Assembly (NCBI GenBank): GCA_046052065.1
Contig: JBJOND010000002.1
Span: 31,224 to 95,223, forward strand
Source: Bacteroidota bacterium
GTDB taxonomy: Bacteria > Bacteroidota > Bacteroidia > AKYH767-A > OLB10
Reading direction: 5' to 3'
DNA: 64,000 bases
Of the stretch, positions 1-10,391 are shown piece by piece. A program made the translations under genes and the position numbers. Numbering within the stretch: position 1 is the first letter of the stretch; each line of letters begins with the position of its first letter. Under the pieces are notes generated by a model, which made no database searches, was not told the origin of the DNA, and worked only from the letters and a program-made list of their open reading frames with translations.

Positions 1-1
1 T

Positions 2-1702
2 CAATATTTAAACATTTGGTCTTGTAATATGAGTGGTGGTATCTTAGGATACGCTCAATTTCCAGGTGGCGCTGCTGCAACAGATGGTGTTGTAATTTTA
101 TATAATGCTTTCGGAAGAACAGGGACATTATCTGCACCTTTTAATAAAGGAAGAACAGCAACTCACGAAGTTGGTCACTGGTTAAACTTACGCCATATTT
201 GGGGTGATGCTAATTGTGGTAGCGACTTAGTAAACGACACTCCAACGCATAATACTTCTAATTATGGATGTCCTACTTACCCTCATTTAAGTACTTGTAC
301 TGGTACGCCAACTGAAATGACAATGAATTACATGGATTATACAGATGATGCATGTATGTATATGTTTACTACTGGTCAATCTACTCGTATGACTGCTGCA
401 ATCAATACATCTCGTACAGGTTTATTAACTTCTTTAGGATGTACACCTCCTACTCCTCCAACATCTTGTGGAACTGTTACTGGATTAACATCTTCTTCTG
501 TTGGATCAACAACTGCAACAATTAGCTGGACAGCTGTTTCGGGTGCAACATCTTATTCATTACAATATCGTGCTGTGGGTTCTGGAACATGGACAACAGT
601 TACAACTTCAGCTACCTCTACAGCGTTAACAGGATTAACTGTTTCTACGGCTTATGAATTCCAGGTAACATCATCATGTTCTGGTACATTAGGTATAGTT
701 TCTACTTTAGCTAATTTCACTACAACAGCTGCTGCATCTTGCGGAACACCAGCATCATTAACATCTTCTTCAATTACTTCATCATCAGCTACAGTTAGCT
801 GGGGAGCAGTAACTGGAGCTTCTAGTTACCTAGTTCAATACAAAGTATCAACTGCAACAACTTGGACAAATAGCGTAACCGTAACAGCTGCAACAACTAC
901 AATCACAGGTTTAACAGCTTCAACGGCATACCAATTCCAAGTGACTGCCACATGTTCAGGAACTGCAGGTACAGCTTCTGCAACAGGAACATTTACAACT
1001 TCTGCTGCATCAACAACATGTACTGATAATTACGAAGCGAATAACTCGCGTACTGCTGCAAAGACAATTGCTTTAAACACAGATATCTTTGCTAAAATTG
1101 GTACATCTACCGATAAGGATTGGTTTAAGTTTACAACCGTAGCTTCAGCGCCAAAAATTAAAGTTGTTTTAGATCAGTTACCTGCTGATTATGACCTTGC
1201 TTTATATAATTCAACAGGAACTACGTTGACATCATCTGCATTAAGCGGTACTTCAACTGAAACAGTAATTTACAACACATATACAAATTCAAGAACTTGC
1301 TATATTCAAGTTTATGGTTTTGCTAGTGCGTTCAATGCAAACGCTTGCTACCGTGTACGTGTAAGCACAAGTGCAACTAATTTCCGTACTGCTGATGGAA
1401 GTGAGCAAAACTCAAATGAAATTGTTAGCGCAGAAAAAGTAACTGGATTAGAAGGTTTGAATTTATTCCCTAACCCAGCTAACAATACACTTACAATTAA
1501 CTACTTCACTCCAAGTATGGAAAACACAACTATCGAAATTTATGATTTGATGGGTCAGTTAGTTAATTCAATGAATGCAAATGCAACAGAAGGATTCAAC
1601 TCTCGTGAGTTAGACTTAACTTCAATGAGCAATGGCGTTTACTTCTTAAAAGTGACTCAAAACAATAATACTTTAACAAGCAAGTTTGTTGTTAGACACT
1701 AA
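2..1702 (+). CDS. Secreted zinc metalloprotease of the M43 (pappalysin/cytophagalysin-like) family, 5' end cut by the window edge. Catalytic domain, two FN3-like repeats, a pre-peptidase-C-like domain and a T9SS type-A C-terminal domain.
   Basis: The frame is open from nt 2, with no stop before the ATG at 29. [15 protein letters not shown] zinc motif (HExxHxxxxxH). Two ~85-aa repeats (CGT..SWxAVxGAxSYxxQY..TGLTxSTAYxFQV). C-terminal [14 protein letters not shown]...GVYFLKV tail typical of a T9SS CTD. Confidence 0.85.
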   Translation, partial: QYLNIWSCNMSGGILGYAQFPGGAAATDGVVILYNAFGRTGTLSAPFNKGRTATHEVGHWLNLRHIWGDANCGSDLVNDTPTHNTSNYGCPTYPHLSTCTGTPTEMTMNYMDYTDDACMYMFTTGQSTRMTAAINTSRTGLLTSLGCTPPTPPTSCGTVTGLTSSSVGSTTATISWTAVSGATSYSLQYRAVGSGTWTTVTTSATSTALTGLTVSTAYEFQVTSSCSGTLGIVSTLANFTTTAAASCGTPASLTSSSITSSSATVSWGAVTGASSYLVQYKVSTATTWTNSVTVTAATTTITGLTASTAYQFQVTATCSGTAGTASATGTFTTSAASTTCTDNYEANNSRTAAKTIALNTDIFAKIGTSTDKDWFKFTTVASAPKIKVVLDQLPADYDLALYNSTGTTLTSSALSGTSTETVIYNTYTNSRTCYIQVYGFASAFNANACYRVRVSTSATNFRTADGSEQNSNEIVSAEKVTGLEGLNLFPNPANNTLTINYFTPSMENTTIEIYDLMGQLVNSMNANATEGFNSRELDLTSMSNGVYFLKVTQNNNTLTSKFVVRH

Positions 1703-1724
1703 GAATCACTAAAATTATTTTTTT

Positions 1725-1754
1725 AGTCCCGGCAATTACTGTCGGGACTTTTTT
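1725..1754 (+). terminator. Intrinsic terminator after the M43 protease gene
   Basis: AGTCCCG (1725-1731) / CGGGACT (1743-1749) hairpin followed by a T-run. Confidence 0.75.
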
Positions 1755-1777
1755 ATTTTTATATAAATTTTTAAAGC

Positions 1778-4507
1778 ATGATTTCTTTCCTCGATCAGTT
1801 AACAGAATCGATATTTCCTAAGGTTACTTCTAATTCGCTTATAATAGTCCCAACACGTAGGGCTGCGGTTCAAATAGAACGTAAATTGGGTCAGAAGTTG
1901 GCTACTCCAGGCTTTTTACCTACTTGCATTCCTATTGCTGATTTAATGGATCTCTGCTCTGATGTTCCTATTGCAAATGAGACACGTTTATTAATTGATT
2001 TATTCTCCGCCTATAAAAAAATTGATAACTCTATAGAACTCGATGATTTCATTAAATGGGGAGATCAGATTTTAGCCGATTTTGATGAGGTTGATAGAAA
2101 CTTAATAGATACTCAGAAATTATTTAAGCGAATTGTTGATGTCAAAGAGATTGAGCTTATGTTTTCAAATGATGAATTTGAAACTGAATTGCTAAATCGA
2201 TTTTGGAATGAATTCTCCTTACTCCCACTTTCGCCACTGAAAGAATCGTTTATTTCGTATTGGGAAAAGCTACCTGTTTTGTATAATGCATTTCATACAA
2301 TTTTATCGCAAAATAATTATTGCTATGAAGGTTTAGCATGGCGTAAAACAGCGCAGTCCATCCAAAGCAATTCTTGGTTCAAGCAATTTGACTGTATCGT
2401 TTTTGCGGGATTTTATGCATTAACAAAATCAGAAGAGGTAATAATTAATTATTTAGTTAAGAACAATAATGCAATTGTTTATAAAGATGCGGACACCTAT
2501 TATACGGAAGATAAAAAACAGGAAGCGGGTAATTACCTTCGTAAAGGGATAATGGCTGATGCTTCTAATTTTATTGGAAGTGATTTATCAAATACTACCA
2601 AGAATATTAATATTATTCAGTGTAATGGCGGTACAGCAATGGCAAAAGACATCGGACTTGAGCTTATTCAGAAGTTTGAAAATTTACCAGCTACAGAATT
2701 ATCAAATGCTGTAGTAGTATTACCTGATGATTCTTTATTGTTACCTTTATTACAAGTACTCGATAAGAAAGGTATACTGCATAATCCTTCTATGGGACTT
2801 GCATTAACGACTTTTCCAATAATAGCGTTTATCAAAAAAATCAAAAGCATACGAACACAATTACTAAACGCAGAAACGAATATAGAATCGATTGTAAGTA
2901 GTCTTTTTGAAATAAAATCATTTAATAGTTTATTCTTAATACTCCATAAATCGATTGAGGAACTTAAGAACTCCCTTCTTGTTCCGGTAAAAGATTATAT
3001 AGAAGAACATTTGTTCTTAATGAATTTGATTAACCAGTTTATAGAACCTAGTGTTCATTATCAAAAGCAGATTTTAAGTTGTATTAAAAATGAAATTGAA
3101 TTGTTTGGTAGCATGCTGAATAATTTTGATGAAGAGATAACAATTCAATCGTATTGGACATTGCTTATCAATCACATCAATAAAATCAGAATTCCTATTG
3201 AAGCAAACGAAGGAGAGGGCATCAATATTAATGGGTTCTTAGAAACTCGTTTATCCGATTATAAGTATGTTTTTATCGCCAATGTAAATGAAGGAACACT
3301 ACCGTCAAATTCTATTTCCAAATCCCTAATTCCTTATGCTATCAGGAAGTTTTATTCACTACCTTGTAAGGAAGAGCAAGAAGCAGTTACTGCTTATCAT
3401 TTTTATCGCTTAATCCAACGATGTGAGGAGCTTTCGCTATTTTATAATAATCAGATGACAGCAACTGGCGGTGGGGAGAAATCACGATTTATTCTGCAAA
3501 TTGAAAATGAATTGGTCAAAACGAATTCTAATATTCAAATCAACTATATTCAGTATCAAGCCGACTTACAACCTATACATGCAGAGGAGATTGTTATTGA
3601 AAAGTCGGATGAAATAGTAGATAAAATGATTGCTAAGTACGTCAATATTGATCAATCGCAGTCGGTAATTGGAAAAGGATTTTCTGCCTCTTCATTAGCA
3701 TCATATATTTATTGTCCCTTAAAATATTATTTCGAGCAAATTGCTAAACTGAAGAAACCTGATGAGGTCAAAGGGATAGATCAAATGATTTTTGGAAGAA
3801 TTCTTCACAAGGCGATGGAGAATATTTATAAAAATCAGTTTAAACCTACATCACACTTTTATGATAATTTATTACTGGATCATTATATCGATGCTGCTAT
3901 TAAAGAGGAATATTCTGATAAGCAACTTTCAGGAAATGATTATCTACTTCAATCAGTAATTAAGGAGTTAATTTCACGAATTATTTTAATTGATAAGGAT
4001 ACAAGTAACCTAGAAATTATAAGTATTGAAGAAACATTTGGTTTTGACTTTCCATTGGATAATCAAACAAACATATTTATAAAAGGAATATTTGATAGAT
4101 TAGATTTTGTAGATAATCAATTGCGAATTCTCGATTATAAAACCGGAAGTGGCAGCTTAACAATACCGAAAGACTTTACTGCAGTTTTTACGAATTCCGA
4201 TAATAAAATTGCATTTCAATTATTGCTTTATGTTTATATTTTCAACAAGCAACAGCATGGCGAAAAACGTAAAGAACATTTAGTTGGTAAAGAGATCTTA
4301 GCAGGCGCTTATCTTTTAAAGAAGAATTCGAAAGCAATTACTTTCTTAAATAAAGGAAAAACTATTGATGAGGATTTAATGGAGTTGTTTGAAGAGCACC
4401 TACATAAATTACTAGCAGATATTTTAAATCCATCTATTCCTTTTACGCAAACGGACGATTATAAAAAATGTGGTTACTGCGACTTTAAAAACATTTGTAG
4501 TCGTTAG
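1778..4507 (+). CDS. AddB/RexB-like PD-(D/E)XK nuclease with an Fe-S 'iron-staple' and an inactivated helicase-like N-terminal scaffold
   Basis: 909-aa ORF. C-terminal nuclease motifs GIFDRLD ... ILDYKTGS. Four Cys in AddB/Cas4/Dna2 arrangement: C in SYIYCPLKYYF plus CGYCDFKNIC (CxxCx5C). I saw no Walker A GxxxxGK[ST] in the N-terminal part. Confidence 0.75.
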   Translation: MISFLDQLTESIFPKVTSNSLIIVPTRRAAVQIERKLGQKLATPGFLPTCIPIADLMDLCSDVPIANETRLLIDLFSAYKKIDNSIELDDFIKWGDQILADFDEVDRNLIDTQKLFKRIVDVKEIELMFSNDEFETELLNRFWNEFSLLPLSPLKESFISYWEKLPVLYNAFHTILSQNNYCYEGLAWRKTAQSIQSNSWFKQFDCIVFAGFYALTKSEEVIINYLVKNNNAIVYKDADTYYTEDKKQEAGNYLRKGIMADASNFIGSDLSNTTKNINIIQCNGGTAMAKDIGLELIQKFENLPATELSNAVVVLPDDSLLLPLLQVLDKKGILHNPSMGLALTTFPIIAFIKKIKSIRTQLLNAETNIESIVSSLFEIKSFNSLFLILHKSIEELKNSLLVPVKDYIEEHLFLMNLINQFIEPSVHYQKQILSCIKNEIELFGSMLNNFDEEITIQSYWTLLINHINKIRIPIEANEGEGININGFLETRLSDYKYVFIANVNEGTLPSNSISKSLIPYAIRKFYSLPCKEEQEAVTAYHFYRLIQRCEELSLFYNNQMTATGGGEKSRFILQIENELVKTNSNIQINYIQYQADLQPIHAEEIVIEKSDEIVDKMIAKYVNIDQSQSVIGKGFSASSLASYIYCPLKYYFEQIAKLKKPDEVKGIDQMIFGRILHKAMENIYKNQFKPTSHFYDNLLLDHYIDAAIKEEYSDKQLSGNDYLLQSVIKELISRIILIDKDTSNLEIISIEETFGFDFPLDNQTNIFIKGIFDRLDFVDNQLRILDYKTGSGSLTIPKDFTAVFTNSDNKIAFQLLLYVYIFNKQQHGEKRKEHLVGKEILAGAYLLKKNSKAITFLNKGKTIDEDLMELFEEHLHKLLADILNPSIPFTQTDDYKKCGYCDFKNICSR

Positions 4508-4872
4508 TAAGTATTATTCTGACGATCTTCTAATCGTCTAGAAATTCGTTCGAGGATTGTATTAGTAATGGATATTAAAATACTAAATAAGAAAGCAACC
4601 CAAAACCCATCAACTTTAAACCCTGCATGTAAAATATTAGACGCAATTAAAATTATTGCGGCATTAATTACTAATAGAAAAAATCCGAGTGAGACCACTG
4701 TTATCGGTAATGTTAGAAATACTAAAATCGGTTTAAGATAAATATTCAATAAAATAATAACGAGCGAAACAAGAATAGCATAGCCCATTGAATTGACCGA
4801 TACACCAGGCATCAAAGAGGCGATCAAAAAAATGGCTAAGGCCAACGACATTATTTTAACTAAAAACTTCAT
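4504..4872 (-). CDS. DUF360 / YvlD-type ('phage holin 4_2' family) small integral membrane protein
   Basis: 122 aa with four hydrophobic helices. Pattern LLNIYLKPILVFLTLPITVVSLGFFLLVINA...GFKVDGFW is typical of this family. The stop overlaps the nuclease gene's stop convergently by 4 nt. Confidence 0.7.
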   Translation of the reverse strand: MKFLVKIMSLALAIFLIASLMPGVSVNSMGYAILVSLVIILLNIYLKPILVFLTLPITVVSLGFFLLVINAAIILIASNILHAGFKVDGFWVAFLFSILISITNTILERISRRLEDRQNNTY

Positions 4873-4886
4873 ATTAAATCTTTATT

Positions 4887-4894
4887 CAAAAATA
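4887..4894 (-). promoter_or_regulatory. Bacteroidota -7 box (TATTTTTG on the minus strand) for the DUF360 gene
   Basis: Exact TAnnTTTG match, 14 nt upstream of the ATG at 4872. Confidence 0.4.
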
Positions 4895-4946
4895 GATTAA
4901 TTTGTGTTGATATAAAACATAAATTAGTTTAAAATGTTATAAATGA

Positions 4947-5459
4947 ATGAAAACACTTATACTAACCGTACTATTATTATTCTCAACAGCCTCATCAATT
5001 CATACATTCGAATTTAAAACGATAGATGGTAAAACAATGAGCTATTCTGCTTTTAAAGGTAAGAAAATTCTGATCGTCAATACTGCTTCTAAATGTGGCT
5101 ATACTTCCCAATACGAAGATTTGGAAGCATTATATAAACAATACAATTCGAAATTGGTAATTGTAGGATTTCCTGCAAATAATTTTGGTGGACAAGAGCC
5201 GGGTTCTAATTCAGATATTAATAATTTCTGTAAGAAAAATTATGGAGTAACTTTTATCATGGCCTCTAAAGTTTCAGTTAAAGGAAATGATATGGATCCA
5301 ATTTTTCAATGGTTGACTACTCAAGACAATCCTGATTTTACAGGCGACATTCGCTGGAACTTTGAGAAATTCTTATTGGATGAAAATGGTAAATTGATTC
5401 ATCGTTATCGTTCTGGAACTAATCCAACCGATAAAAAATTGACTGAACAATTGAATTAA
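4947..5459 (+). CDS. gpx: Glutathione peroxidase (Cys-type), with N-terminal signal peptide
   Basis: NTASKCGYT active-site context, FPANNFGGQEPG and WNFEKFLLD motifs. Confidence 0.9.
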   Translation: MKTLILTVLLLFSTASSIHTFEFKTIDGKTMSYSAFKGKKILIVNTASKCGYTSQYEDLEALYKQYNSKLVIVGFPANNFGGQEPGSNSDINNFCKKNYGVTFIMASKVSVKGNDMDPIFQWLTTQDNPDFTGDIRWNFEKFLLDENGKLIHRYRSGTNPTDKKLTEQLN

Positions 5460-6149
5460 TTACTGACTAATCAGTAAACGAATTCCCTTTCCGTGTAGAG
5501 TAGCAATTTCAATACGACTGTCTTCTTTTAAATACTTGCGTATTTTGGTTACAAACACGTCCATACTTCTGCCATTAAAGTAATTATCGTCACCCCAAAT
5601 AAGTTTTAATGCTTTTTGGCGAGGTAATAAATCATTTTGGTGCACACATAACAATCGCAATAGTTCTGCTTCTTTTGGCGAAAGATTTTCAGTTTTACCA
5701 AGTCGGTGAATTTGTCTTAACTTATAATCAAAATCATACTCACCTATTTTAAAATCTGTCTGGTTATCTAAATCAATAATCCCTAACGAGCGTTTTAAAA
5801 TAATATTGATTTTATAAAGCAATACTTCTGTATCGAATGGCTTGGTTAAATAGTCATCTGCGCCTGCTTCATAGCCTCGTATCATATCTTCCTTCATCCC
5901 TTTTGCAGTTAAAAAGATAATAGGCGTTTTCTTATTCTCTTCCCTAATCTTAGTTGCTAATGAAAATCCATCCATCTTGGGCATCATAACATCTAAAATT
6001 ATTAGGTCATATGATTTTTTCTGATAAACATCTAATCCTTCAGCACCATCTCGAGCTAAATTGACATTATATTCTTCTAACTCAAGAAAATTCTTAAGTA
6101 CATTTCCAAAATTAACATCATCTTCTACTAACAAAATTTTTGCTTTCAT
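5460..6149 (-). CDS. OmpR/PhoB-family response regulator
   Basis: REC domain (ILLVEDD, LDVMMPKMDG, LTAKG) plus a C-terminal winged helix (LSPKEAELLRLL ... DVFVTKIRKYL). Confidence 0.9.
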   Translation of the reverse strand: MKAKILLVEDDVNFGNVLKNFLELEEYNVNLARDGAEGLDVYQKKSYDLIILDVMMPKMDGFSLATKIREENKKTPIIFLTAKGMKEDMIRGYEAGADDYLTKPFDTEVLLYKINIILKRSLGIIDLDNQTDFKIGEYDFDYKLRQIHRLGKTENLSPKEAELLRLLCVHQNDLLPRQKALKLIWGDDNYFNGRSMDVFVTKIRKYLKEDSRIEIATLHGKGIRLLISQ

Positions 6150-7798
6150 GCTATGGTTTTTTTAATGGGTAGTTGTATAGTAAAGGTGCTTCCTTTATTA
6201 ATTTCAGATTCAACGCTGATTGTTCCCTGATGTTGTTCTAAAATTGTTCGAACATAACTTAGTCCTAGTCCAAACCCTTTCACATCATGCAAATTACCTG
6301 TTGTTGCTCTATAAAACGTATCGAAGATTCGCTTCTGAACTTCTTTTGTCATTCCGATACCGTTATCTTTTACTTCAATTACTACAAAATCAATTGACTT
6401 AGTAATGCTAACAACTATCTGAGGCGCATTATTAGAATATTTGATGGAGTTATCTATTAAATTACTAATGACGTTAACTAGGTGGTTTCTATCGCCGGTA
6501 ATTGCAGGAATATCTTCTGCAACTTTAATTTCCAATTTTCCATTTTTATTTTCAACCGAAAGCAAACTACTATTGATAGCTTCTTCCGCTACTTCTTCAA
6601 TCTTCAACGTTTCATATTTTAACTTCAACTCTCCTTTTTCCAATTGAGCCATCTGCAACATCACTTCTACTTGTCGGAGCATTCGCTTGTTTTCATCACG
6701 AATTACTCCCGTGTAGTAATCGAGTTTCTCAGGATTTGAATATACTTTCGGATTTTTTAATGATTCATTCGCGATTGAAATAGTAGCAATTGGTGTTTTG
6801 AATTCATGCGTCATGTTATTGATAAAATCACTTTTTATCTCAGCTAATTTTTTCTGTGTTAAAACTGTTCGCATCACATAAATAAATCCAATTATCATTA
6901 CAATTGAAAACACAACAGCACTGATTAATAAAGGCCATAATGAATAAAATAAGAACTCATATTTTTTAGGAAATGTAATTGTAAGTTGCTCGTTCTTCTT
7001 TAAAATATCATTCGGAAATAGTAATACCGAATAATTGGATTTTAAGAGTTTACTAGTATCTGATTTTGCATTGGTGTATTCAAAATTATTTTTATTAACC
7101 TGTTTGATTCCGTAGATGTAATTTACAGGTATATTCCTTCCAGTAAATTCCTTAGTTATTATACTATCTAGTACCGTTGGCGGAATTCGTTCTAACAAGC
7201 TTTTATTTCTGTCGTTTATTTGAAAAGTCAGTTTGTTCATTAAAGTGTTAAGCTTATTGAACTTCGATTCCATTCTGCGCTCTGCCTCCCGCTCTATCGA
7301 ATCCATAATTATTGATTCGTCGCTTAAGTTAAAAGATAGTACCTCTTTCTGTTGAAAATCGTTTTCAATTCTAATATCTATTGATGAATCGAGTAATGCA
7401 CTATTGCTAAAATCTTTGTTGTATTTTCTGTTGGATTTAATCTCATTTACCCTCTTTCTGATTTCTTGAGCGATTATTGAAAAATCGTTGTTAGCAGCAT
7501 TTATATTCACATTATTGCTGCCTAAAATACTTCCAAGATGATTTAGCAAACTATCATTTTTACTGGCACCTGAACCTGTAGAATCATTTTGTGAAATAAA
7601 ATTCTGTACGACAATCTTAATGTTTTCTTGCTGTTCCACTTTAGCTACGATATCATTTAATGCAAGCATTACTGATTGATCGAACTGCTGCTCCTTTAAT
7701 TTGATATCGTCATATATCCAATATGCTTGTAATAAAATAAGTCCTGCTAATGCAAAGCTCATTACAAAAACCGTTAATCGAAAGCCTGATTTTTTCAC
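6146..7798 (-). CDS. Sensor histidine kinase (two TM segments, HisKA + HATPase_c)
   Basis: H-box FINNMTHEFKTPI, N-box NLIDNSIKY, G1 DNGIGM, G2 GFGLGLS. 4-nt overlap with the regulator gene. GTG start at 7798; a downstream ATG at 7762 is possible. Confidence 0.88.
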   Translation of the reverse strand: MKKSGFRLTVFVMSFALAGLILLQAYWIYDDIKLKEQQFDQSVMLALNDIVAKVEQQENIKIVVQNFISQNDSTGSGASKNDSLLNHLGSILGSNNVNINAANNDFSIIAQEIRKRVNEIKSNRKYNKDFSNSALLDSSIDIRIENDFQQKEVLSFNLSDESIIMDSIEREAERRMESKFNKLNTLMNKLTFQINDRNKSLLERIPPTVLDSIITKEFTGRNIPVNYIYGIKQVNKNNFEYTNAKSDTSKLLKSNYSVLLFPNDILKKNEQLTITFPKKYEFLFYSLWPLLISAVVFSIVMIIGFIYVMRTVLTQKKLAEIKSDFINNMTHEFKTPIATISIANESLKNPKVYSNPEKLDYYTGVIRDENKRMLRQVEVMLQMAQLEKGELKLKYETLKIEEVAEEAINSSLLSVENKNGKLEIKVAEDIPAITGDRNHLVNVISNLIDNSIKYSNNAPQIVVSITKSIDFVVIEVKDNGIGMTKEVQKRIFDTFYRATTGNLHDVKGFGLGLSYVRTILEQHQGTISVESEINKGSTFTIQLPIKKTIA

Positions 7799-7802
7799 TT
7801 GT

Positions 7803-7810
7803 CAAATTTA
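7803..7810 (-). promoter_or_regulatory. -7 box (TAAATTTG on the minus strand) 4 nt upstream of the kinase start codon
   Basis: Exact TAnnTTTG match. The geometry is compatible with a leaderless transcript. Confidence 0.35.
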
Positions 7811-7868
7811 TTAATTGCTAAATTGCAATAATTGTTGTTAACGCTAAATTAACTTACTTATTTAATTG

Positions 7869-7876
7869 TAGATTTG
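7869..7876 (+). promoter_or_regulatory. -7 box TAGATTTG for the DUF5916 gene
   Basis: Exact TAnnTTTG match, 25 nt upstream of the ATG at 7902. Confidence 0.45.
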
Positions 7877-7901
7877 CAGTCTGATATTTCTCTGTAGTTG
7901 C

Positions 7902-10391
7902 ATGACTGCCAATTTTAAATCACTATCATCTTCAAAAACATTTCGAATAGGCTTACTTTGTGCAATAGTATTGCTTTTTTCATCAATTACTATATTCGCT
8001 CAAGATACGTTAAAGTCTGTTAGTGCGGTGCGATTTGCTAAAGCTCCTGTAATTGATGGTATAATGGAGGAGACAATATGGAATACTGCAGTCTACACGG
8101 ATACCTTTATTCAATCACGACCAATTGAAGGAGCACAGGCTAGTCAACGAACAAAAGTTCGAATGGGCTATACAGATGATGCCATATATGTCTTTGCCGA
8201 ACTGCTTGATAAAAGTCCGGATAGCATTTTACACCAGCTTGGAAAGCGTGATGAAATGGACATGAATGCTGATTATTTCTGTTTTAAAATAGATCCTTAT
8301 GCTAATCATCAAGATGCATTTCAGTTTACAGTTTATGCAAGTGGTGTGCAGCTAGATAATAAGTATAACGACTATACCTTTAATGCGGTTTGGAATAGCG
8401 CAGTAAAATTGACCGATAAGGGTTGGACAGTAGAAATGGAAATCCCCTTTTCTGCTATACGTTTTCCGAGTACGCAAGTACAGGACTGGAATACTCAAAT
8501 GCTTCGTTATATTCGGAGAGAGCGCGAATTAATACAATGGTCATTAACGCCCTCTGGCGTAACAAATCCCTTAGAGTATTGGGGTAAGTTAACAGGAATT
8601 GAAAATATAAAAACGCCTGTTCGCCTGGCATTAATACCATATGGAGTTTTAAATTATTCCCGTTCTCCTCAATTTGATGAGTTTGATAATTATTCATATT
8701 CGAACTCTTATGGCTGGAGTGCTGGTGCAGATATTAAATATGGAATTGATGATCGATTTACTTTAGACATGACCTTATTGCCAGATTTTGGTCAGGTGCA
8801 GTCTGATAATAAAATTAAAAACTTAAGTTATACGGAAGTGGTGTTTGATGAGAACAGACCATTCTTTCAAGAAGGTGTAGATCTTTTTACGAAAGGTGAT
8901 TTGTTTTACTCCCGTAGAATTGGAAAAACACCAGGAGGATTTTTCAGAGTGAGCAGTGAGCTAAACGAAGGTGATGTATTGGTAGAGAATCCAACACAGA
9001 GTAAATTGCTAAATGCTACAAAGGTTTCTGGCCGACTAAACAATGGATTAGGAATTGGTTTTTTTAATGCTACAACAGATAATACCTACGCTTTAATTAA
9101 AAACTCAAGCGGAGAAACACGCAAAGTATTAACAGAGTCGTTTGCGAATTATAATATTCTTGTGTTTGACAAGCAGTATAAAAGCAATAACAACTTTTAT
9201 ATTATCAACTTAAATACTACGCGAAGAAATGAGAATAAAGATGCGAACGTAACAGGTGCTGGATTTTCATTATTTACCAATAATAAGAAGTATGCATTTG
9301 TAGGTGATGGAGTTTACTCTTCGCAGCAGTATCATACAGAAGAACAAAAGGATATAAATGGATATCGTTATAACTTAAAGTTTGCAAAAGTAAGTGGTGC
9401 GTTTAAATTCGGAATGTTATCGGAGGTAATTGATACAGCTTATAATGTAATGGACCTCGGTTATTTCACTGTTCCTGGAATTGTTTCAAATACAGGGTAC
9501 GTTCGTTATAATTTATTTCAACCTTGGAAGTTTTTACGAGATGGTTTTGTTAATCTTGAATATACCAATAAAAGAGATTTTAAAACTGGAAGGCAAGGAA
9601 ACAATTCGTTAGATTTAAATGGATTTGTAAGCTTTCTTGATTTCAATGCTATGTTTTTTGGTGGTGGATTTACACCAACTAGAAACTACGATATGTATGA
9701 GCCTCGTGTGTCAGGTTATTACTTTCATGGGTATCGGTATTTTTATGGCTACGTCGGATTTAGTACCGATTATCGTAAGAAGTTTGCCTACGATGTCAGT
9801 TTGAATATTTCTAATTTTCTAGATGAGTATAGAAGCGAAGGTTATAACCCAAGTTTAAGTTTACGATTCCGTCCGAATGATCATTTATTTATTACCACCT
9901 CTTTTACCTACAATCTTGATCCCGCAAATATTGGATTCGCATCAATACAAGACACTGCAATAGTATTTGGGTTAAGACGATTAGACACCTATACGAATGA
10001 AATCAATTGCTCATATACCATCAATGACAGAATGAATATTTCTTTAAGAGCAAGAAATTATTGCATCACAGGTCTTTATAAGAAGTACTTTTATTTATTA
10101 GAAAATGGAGAACTAGCCGATTATGATGAATATAATGGCAATAGTAATTTCAAACTTGATTTATTAAACATCGACTTGGTTTATGAATATCGCTTTGCCC
10201 CGGGAAGTGTACTGAACATTGTTTACAAAAACAGCATTGATGATGCTGCGAGTGATAACATAAGCAGAGATTATGGATATAATACCAAGAAGATGTTTTT
10301 ACATCCGAGAACCGATATAGTAAGTATAAAATTACTTTATTACCTCGATTATCAAGATCTGAAAAAAGGAATTAAAAGAAGTTCGAAATAA
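7902..10391 (+). CDS. Large secreted/outer-membrane protein with an N-terminal CBM9-like module and a DUF5916-type beta-rich domain
   Basis: 829 aa. Signal peptide ending ...IFAQD. The KAPVIDGIMEETIW module resembles CBM9. The long Y/F/N-rich beta-strand region matches my recollection of the DUF5916 family. Confidence 0.6.
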   Translation: MTANFKSLSSSKTFRIGLLCAIVLLFSSITIFAQDTLKSVSAVRFAKAPVIDGIMEETIWNTAVYTDTFIQSRPIEGAQASQRTKVRMGYTDDAIYVFAELLDKSPDSILHQLGKRDEMDMNADYFCFKIDPYANHQDAFQFTVYASGVQLDNKYNDYTFNAVWNSAVKLTDKGWTVEMEIPFSAIRFPSTQVQDWNTQMLRYIRRERELIQWSLTPSGVTNPLEYWGKLTGIENIKTPVRLALIPYGVLNYSRSPQFDEFDNYSYSNSYGWSAGADIKYGIDDRFTLDMTLLPDFGQVQSDNKIKNLSYTEVVFDENRPFFQEGVDLFTKGDLFYSRRIGKTPGGFFRVSSELNEGDVLVENPTQSKLLNATKVSGRLNNGLGIGFFNATTDNTYALIKNSSGETRKVLTESFANYNILVFDKQYKSNNNFYIINLNTTRRNENKDANVTGAGFSLFTNNKKYAFVGDGVYSSQQYHTEEQKDINGYRYNLKFAKVSGAFKFGMLSEVIDTAYNVMDLGYFTVPGIVSNTGYVRYNLFQPWKFLRDGFVNLEYTNKRDFKTGRQGNNSLDLNGFVSFLDFNAMFFGGGFTPTRNYDMYEPRVSGYYFHGYRYFYGYVGFSTDYRKKFAYDVSLNISNFLDEYRSEGYNPSLSLRFRPNDHLFITTSFTYNLDPANIGFASIQDTAIVFGLRRLDTYTNEINCSYTINDRMNISLRARNYCITGLYKKYFYLLENGELADYDEYNGNSNFKLDLLNIDLVYEYRFAPGSVLNIVYKNSIDDAASDNISRDYGYNTKKMFLHPRTDIVSIKLLYYLDYQDLKKGIKRSSK

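Noticed and set aside
4504-4507. Convergent gene overlaps: nuclease/DUF360 by 4 nt, DUF5916/thioredoxin-fold by 20 nt at 10372-10391, and methyltransferase/SRPBCC by 6 nt at 56431-56436
   Set aside because: Short 3'-3' overlaps are common in compact genomes and need no special explanation. They are noted only as a check that the gene ends are consistent.
5460-5477. Palindrome TTACTGA-CTAA-TCAGTAA at the convergent gpx/response-regulator junction
   Set aside because: It is a 7-bp AT-rich stem lying inside the regulator's last codons, with no flanking U-tract. It is too weak to call a terminator with confidence.
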